Assembly (NCBI RefSeq): GCF_018350175.1
Contig: NC_058382.1
Location: forward strand, 59,398,001-59,462,000
Reading direction: 5' to 3'
Origin: Felis catus
Taxonomy: Eukaryota
DNA length: 64,000 nt
This document shows positions 49,616 through 61,269 of this stretch, one piece after another (the first letter of the stretch is position 1; each line of letters opens with the position of its first letter). The notes below the pieces were generated by a model. It was not told where the DNA came from. It saw nothing but the letters and a program-made list of their open reading frames with translations, and ran no database searches. The position numbers and the translations under genes were made by a program.

Positions 49616-50062
49616 CTCATCGATATAGCTCGACGCAGCTGTTTACGCAAAGCTGCTTCCTCACACGCCATGTTGTGCAGTCACCTGCATGACCTTCTCG
49701 GGACGGGAGGATCGGCTACTGAGCGTGGATGGCAGTGAGGCTCCTGCCCGCTCACTTCCCCTGGACCGTGGAACTGTGGGAGTGCACGCCCACCCCAGTA
49801 TGTTAATCTGATACGAAAACTGGAGGGCGTCCCTCTCTAAGCCCCACCATCACCAGACACCAGGGCAGCCTGTCTCCACCACGCTCGCTCGGGCAGGACA
49901 GCACAGGGGTGGATGCCGGGTCTCCTGGCCCCAGTTCTAAGCCCTTCCAGAGCTTATGGCTGAGTGATCAGAAGGCAATGAAATTATGGCAACCCAGAGG
50001 CGTCCAACTGACCGCCATCCCAGGGAGACAAGGATCTGCACTCAGCCCCTGCTCTCTGTTCT

Positions 50063-50274
50063 TTAATTTCTTTTTAATGTTTATTTAGTTTTGACAGAGA
50101 GAGAAAGAGCATGAGCAGAAGAGGGGCAGAGGGAGAGGGAGACACAGAATCTGAAGCAGGCTCCAGACTCTGAGCTGTCAGCACAGAGTCTGACGCGGGG
50201 CTGGAACTCACGGACTGTGATATCACAACCTGAGTCAAAGTCAGACACTTAACTGACTGAGCCACCCAGGCACC
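50063..50274 (-). mobile_element. Can-SINE (the only minus-strand copy)
   Basis: TTTAATGTTTATTT...GAGACACAGAATCTGAAGCAGGCTCC...CTTAACTGACTGAGCCACCCAGGCACC; short TSD CTCTGTTCT. Confidence 0.92.
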
Positions 50275-50480
50275 AGCCTCTGTTCTCTGATTGTCCAAGG
50301 GCCTTTACGTGGGAATACCGTCACAGCCCCCTCGGCCAGAGAGCACCATCAGAAGGGCTCGACGCACCTTAACTCATAACGCAGTGCAGCGCAGCCCCAT
50401 TTGGAAGAAGGCAAACTGGGGCAGGGGGGATTTCTTTAAGCTCCTAAAGGGTGGAACTGAGGATCTGAACGAGACAGGCA

Positions 50481-50688
50481 GGGGCGCCTGGGGGGGTTCA
50501 GTCAGTTAAGCATCTGACTTCAGCTCAGGTCATGATCTTGCATTTTGTGAGTTCGAGCCCTGCGTCGAGCTCTGTGCTGACAGCTCGGAGCCTGGAGCCT
50601 GCTTCGGATTCTGTGTCTCCCTCTCTCTCTGCCCCTCCCCTGCGCACACTCTGCCTCTCTCTCTCTCAAAAATAAACATTAAAAAAAA
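50481..50688 (+). mobile_element. Can-SINE
   Basis: Canonical head, B-box GTTCGAGCCC, (CT)n, A tail. Confidence 0.92.
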
Positions 50689-51127
50689 GACTGTCAACAT
50701 GACTCCCTATTTACATTTTCCACTGCTTCTGAAGGGAGTCCAGGGTGTCACGGGCCTTCTGCAGAGGTGAGAGGCACAGGTGACTCTGGACCCAGATCCC
50801 ACCTATGCGGTGCTCCCCTCTGCAGAAGCAGCCTGAAGGCCCCTTCTCTTAGCCCTGCTGGAGGGACCAGCAGGGTACTGGGTGTAGGCGGTGGGAAGAA
50901 TTTCCCTTCCCTGGGCTGTCCACCTGCCCGCCCACTGGTGGGAGACCGTGGGCAGGGCCCCCTGCACCAGCAGCACCTGCTGCAAAAGCCTGCCCCCTGT
51001 CATGACATTCACAGCGCTCTCCTGGGCGGGGACTTGGACTTACAGAATTCGGTTTGAACCTCTTTGGCAGCCTTGAGCAAACACTTAGGGCACATTTCAT
51101 TCGCAAAAACAAAAGTCTTACAGTCCA

Positions 51128-51348
51128 GGGGCACCTGGGTGGCTCAGTTGGTTAAGCGTCCAACTCTCAGTTTCAGCTCAGGTCACGATCTCAGGGTTTT
51201 AGGAGTTCGAGTCCCACGTCAGGCTGTGCACTGATGGTGCGGAGCCTGCTTGGGATTGTCTCTCTCTCTTCCTCTCTCTCTGCCCCTCCCCTATTCACAC
51301 TGTCTCTGTCTCTCTCAGAATAAATAAATAAACTTAAAATTTTTTTTT
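51128..51348 (+). mobile_element. Can-SINE (host of a nested pair)
   Basis: 20-bp TSD AACAAAAGTCTTACAGTCCA at 51108-51127 and 51593-51612 brackets both SINEs. Confidence 0.92.
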
Positions 51349-51365
51349 AAAAATAAAGAACAAAA

Positions 51366-51582
51366 GGGGCGCCTGGGTGGCTCAGTCAGTTGGGTGTCCG
51401 ACTTCAGCTTAGGTCATGATCTCACGGTTTGTGGGTTCGAGCCTCGCGTCGGGCTCTGTGCTGCCAGCTCGGAGCCTGGAGCCTGCTTCGGATTCTGTGT
51501 CCTCCTCTCTCTCTGCCCCTCCCAGCTTGCACTCTGTCTCTCTCTCAAAAATAAATAAAACGTTTTTAAAAAAATAAAAATA
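51366..51582 (+). mobile_element. Can-SINE inserted in the tail/TSD of the preceding SINE
   Basis: 17-bp TSD AAAAATAAAGAACAAAA at 51349-51365 and 51583-51599. Confidence 0.92.
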
Positions 51583-51687
51583 AAAAATAAAGAACAAAAG
51601 TCTTACAGTCCAAACAGTGCCCAGCAAAGACCAGGGAAGGGGGAGGGGGTAGGAATGAGACTAAAATAAGGAAAAATTGGATTCTTC

Positions 51688-52230
51688 TTTAAAATTAAGA
51701 TCAAATTCATATACCTTAAAATCCTTTAAAGTGTGCAATTCAGTGGTTTTGAGTATCTTCACAAAATTGTGCAGCCGTCACCACTATTAACTCCGGAACA
51801 CTTTCATCACCCCAGATACCCTGTACCCATTAAGAGTCTCGTCCGGGTTCCCTCCCCCAGCCTGGAGTGACCACTAAGCTACTTTCTGTCTCTACGAATC
51901 TGCCTCTTCCCAACGTTCCTATTAACAGGATTCGTACAGCGAGTGGCATTTGTGTCTGCTTCTCTCACTCCACACATCCTGGAGGCACGTCCACGCTGTG
52001 CACGCAGCAGGACTCCACTCCCTTTCAGGACTGAATAATATTCCACTGTCTGACCAGATGCCAGTACCCACTCACCATCAATGGATACACAGACAACGCT
52101 GTTAGAACATCGGCCTACAGGCTTGTGGGCCTGTTTTCCCTTCTCTTGGGCAGACACCCGGAGCGCAACCACTATGAGAGATGACGTCTCGTCCAAAGGC
52201 TGGTGTTCACTTTGCAGAAAGACACGTGTC
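51688..52230 (-). mobile_element. L1MB-like 3' end, antisense
   Basis: TTTAAAGTGTGCAATTCAGTGGTTTTGAGTATCTTCACAAAATTGTGCAGCC...CTACTTTCTGTCTCTA...CTGAATAATATTCCA. Confidence 0.8.
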
Positions 52231-52751
52231 CACTGGCGTCCCAAGCATAGGAAGGGCTGGGACTGCCCACCCCCGAGATGGGCAAGATGTGGGCGTGGAG
52301 GGTTCTGGGAGTGGCGGGTCCAGGCGGTGTTCCGGAGTGCTGGGCTTCAGCTGAGCCTGGCAAGGCGGGGGACACTGGGAGAGCAGAGTTTGAGAAGTCC
52401 GGGGGGCTTTCTAGGAAGGAGGCACGGCATGAGCCCAAACCCCATGGTGGGGGTACACACAGCCCCCAGACCACTGGTGCCATGTGATGCAGGCATGGCT
52501 GTGCCCTAGCCCTTCCCACACGTACTGCCTGACTCCACATCCGTGGAGTCTGCTGGTGGAGTCCCGCAACAGGTCCAGGTAAACTCACTGTAGGTAAGAG
52601 GTTAGGGCCAGGATGTGTGCTGGCGGGGACACCCGACACACGTGAGGACCTTTTTCTTGAGTATCCGTATGAACGCCTCCACAAGAATGCCAGGGCAGCA
52701 AAAATCCAATCCAAAGATCAGCCCGAAAGGAGGGCAACCTCCAGAAAATAT

Positions 52752-52890
52752 TCTTTCCTTCTTTCCCTCCCTCCCTTCCTCCCTCCTTCCTCCCTTCCTT
52801 CCTTCCTTTTCCTTCCTACCTTCCTCTTCCTTCTTTCCCCTCCCTCCCTTCCTTCCTTCCTCCCTCCCTTCCTTCCTTCCTTCCTCCTTT
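52752..52890. repeat. (CCTT/CCCT)n polypyrimidine tract
   Basis: Directly visible. Confidence 0.9.
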
Positions 52891-53520
52891 TTCACTCATT
52901 CATTCACTCAACAAGTATTCACCAAGTCATGTGCTAGCTGTTGAAGATGCTTCGGTAGACCAAACCCAAGTCCCCACCTTTCCAGGGCTCACAGTCTGAT
53001 GAGAGCCAGATATCAGAGAGACAAATTGCAACAACACAAAGCATGATTGGTGCCGATTAGAAACCGAGCCAGAGGTAGCAGCAGAGGAAAACACAGAGAA
53101 AGGGGAGGGTGTGCCTGGATAGGGCGTCACAAAAGGTGTCCTTGAAGCCAAAGCATGAAGCTGAACCAAGACCATCATGATAGGAGCCAGGAACAGTGCG
53201 CCAGGCAGAGGAGACAGGTGTGTGTGGAGGGCCCCAGGACCAGAGCACTGGGGAGGCTGGCAGTCCAGGCCAGGGCACAGGGATGGGGCTGGGGAAACCG
53301 AAGGGATCCGGACCTTCTCATAAGGGCAAGAGGAAGCCATGGAAAGATTCTGACCAGGGTGATATGTTCTGGGCTCATAAATCCCTCTCTTGGCTTCTCT
53401 GGCGGACTGGCTGTGGGTCCAGGCTAGAATCACTGGTGTCTGGGGCCAGCATGGTGGCAGTGCAGGTAGAGACACAGGGACAGATCTGAGACCGATTTTG
53501 GAGCTGGAATGTTAGGACTA
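52890..53520 (-). mobile_element. L2 LINE 3' fragment, antisense
   Basis: TCATTCATTCACTCAACAAGTATT terminus, GCTCACAGTCT, GGAAGCCATGGAAAGATT. Confidence 0.65.
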
Positions 53521-54339
53521 TTTCAGAGGTGAAAGGAAGATGCCCTGGTGACTGAGCGTATGATTCAAATCCTTGCACGTCACCAAAAGTACGGGCGTGG
53601 AAAAGCATGTTGCCCACGTGGAAAGGCGGAAAGGCAGAAAGCCAAGGTGAGGGAACAGAGCTGACTGCTGGGGAAGGAGGTGGGAGCCAGGACCCTGGGA
53701 GCCTGCCCAGGAGCCGCCAGTTCAGCAAGCGTCTGGCCCAAACTCTAGCATCCAGAGGGCACGGCCATGCAGAGGGCACGCTACCCTCTGCTCGCTGTCC
53801 CCTAGGAGTTTTCCACCTGGAACCTTCCTAATAAATATTATGCACAAAAATGAGAATGCAGATTCCCCTGGCTCTGGACAGAGGGTCACAGATTTCAAAA
53901 AGTCATTCGTTGGAAAACACTGGTTTCTGTTTTCACAAAACCCTGGGAGAGGGAGTTATGGATGCTCGAGGCCTGGGAAAGGCTGCGGAACAGGCCGGGG
54001 AGGGGCCTTGGCCACAGGGGGTACGGAGCGTGGCCGAGCTAAGGGTCTGGTAGGGACATCACAGCGAGAGCTGGGCACTCCCTGTGATGTCTGCATTTTG
54101 AATTACCTATTCAAAAAATGAAACTTGGGCATCTTTCTTCCCTGAAAATTGATTTTGAACCCATACTGGGAAGGAATCACGTACAACCAACGCTAAAGAG
54201 TAATACAGCCAGAGAATAACATCACTACTAAATAACAGCATGAGTCAGTGTGACTATCAGCGACATGAATGCTGAGAGGTCATCTGTACTAACTAACGAG
54301 GAGCTGTTGCTTCACCACGATAGCTGTTCTACGTGTCTA

Positions 54340-54500
54340 CAGCAACCCTAGGAGGTAGGCACGACTGTCATCCCCAATTTACAGATGAGGAAGCAGAGGC
54401 TCAGGGAGGGTACGTGACTTGCTCAAGGTCACGCAAGGTCACACAGCTACTGAACAGCAGGGCCAAGATTCAAATCCGGGCTTTCTGCCTTCAGAGAACT
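54340..54500 (-). mobile_element. MIR fragment
   Basis: CATCCCCAATTTACAGATGAGGAAGCAGAGGCTCAG...GTGACTTGCTCAAGGTCAC. Confidence 0.75.
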
Positions 54501-55890
54501 GGTTTCCTAGTGAGCTGAGAGTTGATCAGAGAGCCTTCTTTGCTCCTGTCCTCACTAATTTATCCCCAAATACAAACACAACTCTCTGATTATAGGACAT
54601 AAAGGACTGGGGTAAGTCCATGCACAGAGCAGAGACAGGATCCTGCACACAGGATCTCAGGCCGGAGGGTCTGCAGGGGTCCCACAGCCCTGGCGGGGAT
54701 GGGGTGCTGTGGGAGGGTTTCTCATGCTCCCCCAGGCAGTGGTAGGGACAGCCAGCAGGACAGGACGAGGTTACCCTGGAGGAGCAGACAGGCAGGGCCA
54801 GTCTCCCTGACCAGGGGGTGTGGAAGGGACTCTCTAGACAGAGGGCTTCCCCCAAGATGAGCACCCCTTTGCTGTCCAGCTGTCAAAGGCCAGAGGCAGC
54901 GATAAGTCCCCGCTGTGGTTCCCCACAGAGGCCGGCTTGGAGCTCCCGCTCATGCACCCTCGTGGACACCCACCTGTCTGTCCACCTGTGAAGCCTCAGG
55001 GACAAATTCACACAGCACCTACATAACTAGGTGCCAGACCAGCCTAGACGAGCCAGGGAGTTAAGGACTCAGCAGGTGTGACGACGGGTGACCTGGGCTC
55101 ACAGCCGACTTCAGTGCGTGCCCCCTACACGACTCTGAGCAGCTGCCCAGAGCTCCAGGAAAAAGTCCTTAGAAACAATCCCCCACAGCGCCCTTCCCAC
55201 CGCTAAGGAGCCAGCGTCACACGGACAGTCAGCACAGTCCCGTGTGTGCAGACAGTAGCAGTCCACACAGCCATCAAGGCTGTGAAATAAGGGTATCTCT
55301 GCTTAAAACAGAATGCAAGCAAGCAAACCAAAATGCTAAAAGAACTAAGTGTAGGGGTCACACAGGATCTTTGTTTTCTTAGATAACATTGTGAATTGTC
55401 CAGATTTTCTACAACAAATGTGTGGTTTTCATGGGAGAGAAAGAAGCGACTTTCACTGTTATTTAAAGTTCAGCACACCTGGCCACCCTCATAATCCTTG
55501 GTCGGGCTGCAAAGGGTGCAAAGACCATCAGAGCGGGTGGCCATCCCTCCCAGGCCCCCAAGAAATCCAACACATGTGCATTGCCAACACCTTAAGTGAA
55601 AAGTCTTTGTTCCTGTAACTCCTTAAAACCTGCCCTAGTGAACCGCATGGGGTCTGCTGGGGAAGCTTGAGGGTCAGGGCAAAACCCCAGGTAAAAAGAA
55701 AGCTTGGCTTCAGCTGGCACCTGGCGGGCCCACCTAGGACAGACGGCCAATCCCGAGGCCACGCGGCCAGCCCCGGGAGCCGACGGCAGGGCAGCGAGGA
55801 CCATTCTGCCAGCAGATCCGCAATGGTGACCGGCCCGGGAGGAGTGGGCACCCCAGTCTCAGACAGTGTGGCTCTTGTTAAAAATGTCCA

Positions 55891-56095
55891 GGGGCGCCTG
55901 GGTGGCTCAGTCGGTTAAGCGTTGGACTTCGGCTCAGGTCATGATCTCGTGGTTCATGAGTTCAAGCCTCACGTTGGCCTCTGTACTGACCGCTCAGAGC
56001 CTGGAGCCTGCTTCGAATTCTGTGTCTCCCTCTCTCTCTGCCCCTCCCCCACTTGCGCTCTGTCTCTCTCAAAAATAAAATAGTGAAACATTTTC
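55891..56095 (+). mobile_element. Can-SINE
   Basis: Canonical; TSD TAAAAATGTC at 55879-55888 and 56096-56105. Confidence 0.92.
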
Positions 56096-56254
56096 TAAAA
56101 ATGTCTTGAAGTGCACAGGAAATGCCTGGAACCTCCCAGGATCGTCCAGCAGGTCAAGGTCGCTGCCATGGTTACAACCGCAGTGGAGTGCTAAGAGCAC
56201 TGTCTCTCTGCACCATGAGCATCCCCTCTGCCCTTTAAGTCGGTGCAAAAATCC

Positions 56255-56480
56255 TTATTTAAACTATAAATTGAATTAAAAACTCACATTTAATATTTAG
56301 TTACGGTGTGGTTAACGGTTTTACGGCCCGGCTGTGGCCCTCCTATTTGCTTACAATGTTGTCCTTTATGTCCGCCAAAACCAGGCGGCTCAAATGACTC
56401 GGCGGACGCCAAGCTATTAACAATTATTACCTTTTACAGTCATTTTTGGCCCCGGTATGCTTTTTTGGTGGTCTCATAAT
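56255..56480. promoter_or_regulatory. Candidate enhancer (posterior HOX/CDX-type motifs)
   Basis: TTTTACGG, TTTATG, TTTTACAG, AACAATT and TGACTC in unique DNA. Confidence 0.35.
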
Positions 56481-57111
56481 TTCAAAACAGGGACCTTTGA
56501 AATCATACCCCGAGACCAAATGGGCCTGCAGAGGACACTTCCTCTCTCCCGGCCGAGTCCGGCCCGTTTCCCATTGTGAGATGTTTTTCCACCCCACATG
56601 CTCACAGCGGGAGCCGAAGCCCCAGGCCTGCGGTACAAATCATCTTCCCGGAAAAGGAGGCCCCTCTGTGAGGCCAGGGCCCTTCCAAGGGCGTTGCTGA
56701 GGCAGGACTCATCACGCTGCTCACTGGGACAGGAGATGGCAGCGGAGCCATGAGTGACAGACTCGGGCAATGGTGTGGGTGGCCTTCACTGTTGTCACCC
56801 TCGCCATGAGCTGAGAGCACACAGAGGCCCCACACAAAATCAGCCACAGGCCCTGTGACCCTACTGCCAACAATATCCCTCACAGAGCCTCTCTGAGCCT
56901 TGCAAGTCTGGCCTAGATTGTTAGCTGCATAATTGTATGTATGCGTGGGCTGGACAGTGCGTAGGGTCTGTGTGTGTGTGTGTGTGTGTGTATGCACGTG
57001 TGTGTCTTTCGTGCACACAGACCCTATATGTGTGCATGACTGTGCGTGTGTAAAAGAGAAAGGGGATAGAGAGATGTCACAGGACCTCCCAGTCCTCAGA
57101 ATAACTTCTAT

Positions 57112-57276
57112 GGGGACACCTTGGGGGCTCAGTCGGTTAAGCGTCCGACTTTGGCTCAGGTCACGATCCCATGGTTCGGGAGTTTGAGCCCTGCGTCAGG
57201 CTCTGTGCTGACAGCTTGGAGCCTGGAGCCTGCTTGGGATTCTGTGTCTCCCTCTCTCTGCCCCTCCCCTGCTCAT

Positions 57277-57315
<39 letters not shown>

Positions 57316-57343
57316 AATAAACATCAAATTTTTTTTTAAAAAA
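57112..57343 (+). mobile_element. Can-SINE with long (CT)n
   Basis: Canonical; degenerate TSD AGAATAACTTCTATG / AGAGCAACTTGTATG. Confidence 0.9.
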
Positions 57344-57689
57344 AGAGCAACTTGTATGAAATACACCCTCCTTAGTGTTCTAGTTGCTTTAAAACATATT
57401 GAAAAACAACGGGGGCGGGGGGGAATGAAATCTCGCCAAATTCTTCCTTTTGTCCCACATCCTCTAAAATCAAACACTTCGTTCTGAATTTCAAACAGAG
57501 GGGAGAGGGGGGTAGACACAGGCTTTCCTAAGCAGAGACCGGGCAGTAAATAATGAGGATTTCGTTTGGATGTTGGTCTTTAGCCCTCCCCCAACAGCTC
57601 AGAGGAAGGTGTGGGTGTTTGGAAGGCCGGGGGCACAGGGAAGGATCCACCTAGACCAGACGCTCGCTCCACCCGCCTCAGCGGTGAAG

Positions 57690-58005
57690 TTCTGACTACA
57701 ACGGGGACACCCTTGAGGACATCGTGCTCGGTGACAGTGGTAGGCGTTGTGCAACGCCATTTACATGAAACATCCAGAACATGAGAATCCTGAGATCGAA
57801 AGCAGATTCCTGGCTGCTGGGGGCCCGGGGAGGGACTGTTCGTGGATATAGGGCTTCATTTTGGGGTGGGGAGAATGTGCCAGAATGAGACAGAGGTGAT
57901 GGGGGACAAAACCCTGTGAATCTGCCCCAAAACCCGTCGACTCATGCACTTTCGGTGGATAAGTCGTATGGTAGGTGAGTTTTATCTCAAAAAAGCTGTT
58001 TAGAA
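57690..58005 (+). mobile_element. L1MB-like 3' end
   Basis: CCTTGAGGACATCGTGCT...CCATTTACATGAAACATCCAGAA...GTATGGTAGGTGAGTTTTATCTCAAAAAAGCTGTTT. Confidence 0.65.
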
Positions 58006-58479
58006 AGCAAAACATCTCCTGTGCACCCCAAGCCTCTCCAGCCCCTGCTGGAGCCTCCCGGTTCTGACGCCTGGGTGGCCACTGCCCTACCACAGACACA
58101 TCTGATTTCTGAGAGAGGAAACCCACGTGGGATGGGTTTCTGCAGCATGATGTGGGCCGGACACATTCTCTGTCTACCTGGCTGGACCCCGTGCAGCTGC
58201 CAGTGTGCACCAAGGCCTTCACTGGGCACCAGGCCGGCCCCCCAGCACGGCTGCAGGGTACAGCAGGCCAGAGCAGCCGGCTCGTAACAGAGCAGCGTGC
58301 ATGCAGGCCTCTGGGCTGTGCTTGACAAGCAGGCATGTGAGCAACTGTGCTTCTATTACAGAGAACTAGCCAGTCTCTTTATTCTGCAGTGACCCTGCTC
58401 CTGAATGGCCATACTGAGCAAAGTCAGCCACGTTCCACAGACAAAGGCCTAAAGGAAAGAGCCGTGAATGGTCAAGGAT

Positions 58480-58920
58480 GAATGTGGTCTTCCCTCCTCT
58501 GCCTCCTGAGAGGCAGTCTGATCCCTGCCTCCTGAATCCTGGCCAGTCCTAGGGACCTGGTTGGAAAACAGAGAATTCGGGGTACCAAAAGCTAGATGTA
58601 AGAAGCCCTTCCTGCCTGTGTTTTCTCTACGGACACTCGCTCCAGGATCCCTTAGCTCATCTGATCACTGGAAATGCCACGCTGGGGAGACCACCCGCTG
58701 GTGATGGTTCCAGCTGTGCCAGCCTTCCAGCCACCCCCACGAAGGCACCGGACATGCGAGTGCAGGTGCCTTGGACCAACAGAGCGGCCCTCCCACTAGC
58801 TGAATGTCACCAGGTGACCTCCTTGGATGTGACGCAGGGCAGAAGAACCAACCAGCTAAGCACCGCCCCCAATTCCTGACCCACAAAATCATGAGATAAA
58901 TTGAGTGTTTTCATCTTAAT
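58480..58920 (+). mobile_element. MaLR LTR (MLT1F/G/H-like)
   Basis: CCAGCTGTGCCAGCCTTCCAGCC...GCAGAAGAACCAACCAGCTAAG...AATTCCTGACCCACAAAATCATGAGATAAAT. Confidence 0.6.
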
Positions 58921-58934
58921 TCCTACAACATAAA

Positions 58935-59640
58935 TGCCTGGCACTGCGTGATTCTGCACCTGGGGATTCTCCACACGACAACTCCCACCTGGTGGGCACG
59001 GGAACCCGGGCCCGATGTGGCCGACACTCTGACAGGGCACTCCTGGCATTATGGGAGATGGTGTCCAGGCCGGGATGGCTGGCATCGTGCAATGGGCGAC
59101 ACGGCCTTGTGCAATCAGGAAATGCCCCACATCCTGTGCAAATCCTGACACCGATGGAGCTCAAATTCCATTTTCTAATTTTCTGAGCCTGGAATGTGAC
59201 TCTTTTCTGTCTATACCTATATATAGATATAAAGCATTTCTTTAATGATTTTAACATATCATCAATTTCCCAAAGACGCATGTACCATGCAGCCCCACTA
59301 AAAGTTGCCCATCCAAACACGGCGAGGGCTGGTGAGCCTCGTGGTGTCCCAGCCACCCACACGGCACTCGCGGCGGTCCCTGCTAAGGCTGCCGCCCTCC
59401 CGGGAAGTCTCTGTGCTGTAAGCAAGTACATTTAGTCCTTATTTCAAAATCTAAGGCATGAAAAGAAGGGCTCAACAATCCACCACGAAGTACCTTCTGT
59501 AAAAGCCTATTTTAGTCACGAGAGGAGGCTAGAACATTTGACTACTGGGCCACGACTTCTGGCACAGGTGAGCACTCACATATCAAAACACGCATTTTGA
59601 ATAAATAGCCTCCCTTTCATTTCTTCTTTATATAAGGGCG
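58935..59640. mobile_element. hAT-Charlie element (MER20B-like)
   Basis: CTCCTGGCATT...CTGAGCCTGGAATGTGACTC...TGATTTTAACATA...GAGCACTCACATATCAAAACAC. Confidence 0.45.
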
Positions 59641-60136
59641 ACGGCCTTGCCCTTGGAGCTGTGTTTGCAGGCAGGTCGCGTGACATGAATCCTGTTCCAG
59701 GACCCCGGGCAGGTGTGGTGAAACGGCTGCTATAAAAAGGAAGCGCCTGGTGTGACAAGGGGGAGGACACCATGCCACGCAGACTGGGGTCCCCGGTGCC
59801 ACCAGGATGGGCAGCAGTGTCCTGGAAGAGCCGCGGGGCCCTGCAGATGCTGTGACCCTGCTCTGCCCGCTCCTCTCGGCAAAGGATCGCAAGGACGGCA
59901 AGGACTGCGTGAACAAATCGTTGGAAGAGAGAGAACAGCACTGAGGACAAGCAACATGAGCAAAGATCTCTACGTGCAGGTCAACTTTCGCTGGCACGAT
60001 GTCGCTTTGACCCCCCCTCCCCAGAGCACACCCGGCTCTCCTCCCCACTGCCTGGCTCCCGTGAGACCCAGGGCCGAGTCAGGCCCCCTCTCGGAATGAG
60101 CCCATCTGAAAACACACCGGGGGTGGCGGGGGGGCT

Positions 60137-60325
60137 GGAACCTGGGCGGCTCAGTCATTTAAACATCTGACTTCTGATTTCGGCTCAGGTCATGATCTCG
60201 CAGTTTGTGAGTTTGAGCCCCGCATCAGGCTCTGTGCTCTCTCTTCGTCTCTGCCCCTCCCCTGCTCACTCTCTCTCTCTCAAAATAAATAAAATAAACA
60301 TTAAAAAAATATAAACAAATAAATA
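60137..60325 (+). mobile_element. Can-SINE with internal deletion
   Basis: CCTGGGCGGCTCAGTC head; GGCTCTGTGCT joins directly to (CT)n, lacking the GAGCCTG...GATTCT segment. Confidence 0.85.
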
Positions 60326-60659
60326 CATACACCTCCAAGGGGACAGAGTCCCGGGCAAGATGTGAGCACACCCCTTTGCTTTGGGAACCCCTGAGAGGTG
60401 GCCCGTCTGCCACGACCTTCCTCAGTGGCCCACTGGCCCCACTGGCCCTTCTGTAGGGGGGCTGAGTGAAGCACACTCTGGGGACCAGGAGGGAAAGGAA
60501 GCAACGTCCATCTTCAACCTCAAAATCAAAAAGCACCATTTCAAACTGACCAATATTAATGACAAAAAAGAAAAAAATTCCCGCAACATATTAATGGTTC
60601 AAAACACACATGGCAAGGTCATTTCTGGAGAGAAAAAGTAAAAAAAAAAAAAAAAAATA

Positions 60660-60960
60660 GGGCTTTTCAGCCTGCGAATAAAAAGTGTCCTTTAACAGGC
60701 GATAATTATATACAGGAAGGCAATTAAAGTTTTAATAATTTAATTACCTTCCTGCAAACCCATCAAGGGAAAATATGGAGTGAAAACATTTTTGAGGGCC
60801 CGCAGCCACGACGAGGCGCGATCAAAGGCCCCTGAGATAGCTCAGCTCTGAGGCAGTTGACACATTAATTTTTACGGGCTGACCGCCGTTATTAATAGAA
60901 GGAACTAGAAGGAAGTATTTTTCCACGGTGGGGGGGCCACATCACCATTTGATGCCTGAT
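60660..60960. promoter_or_regulatory. Candidate developmental enhancer with inverted repeat and TCF/HOX motifs
   Basis: Inverted CAGGAAGG-YAATTAAA arms, GATCAAAGG (60820), TTTTTACGG (60869), multiple TAAT. Confidence 0.45.
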
Positions 60961-61269
60961 GTTACAGCAAACATAGTTTTGGCTTCTCTCTGCAAATAAG
61001 TCTTGTTTTCTTTGACCTTCATTTGGCTCGAGGCAGGGCCAACCTTCAAGACCAGGCTTCACAGGGAGGGCTCCCCACTCGGGCTGCCATCTGGGAACAT
61101 CAACAAGACCGTGAAAGGAGATCAAAGGGGGTCGGGCTAGGAACCGCAGGGCGGTGTGAGGTGTGCTGGGCGGTGCGCCCGCCAGGGATGGGCTGCCGGT
61201 CCGGCCACTGCCCGCTCGCCTCACAGGGATCACACTGCCGGTTTGCTGGTGTTGTTTTGATTGCGGAAT

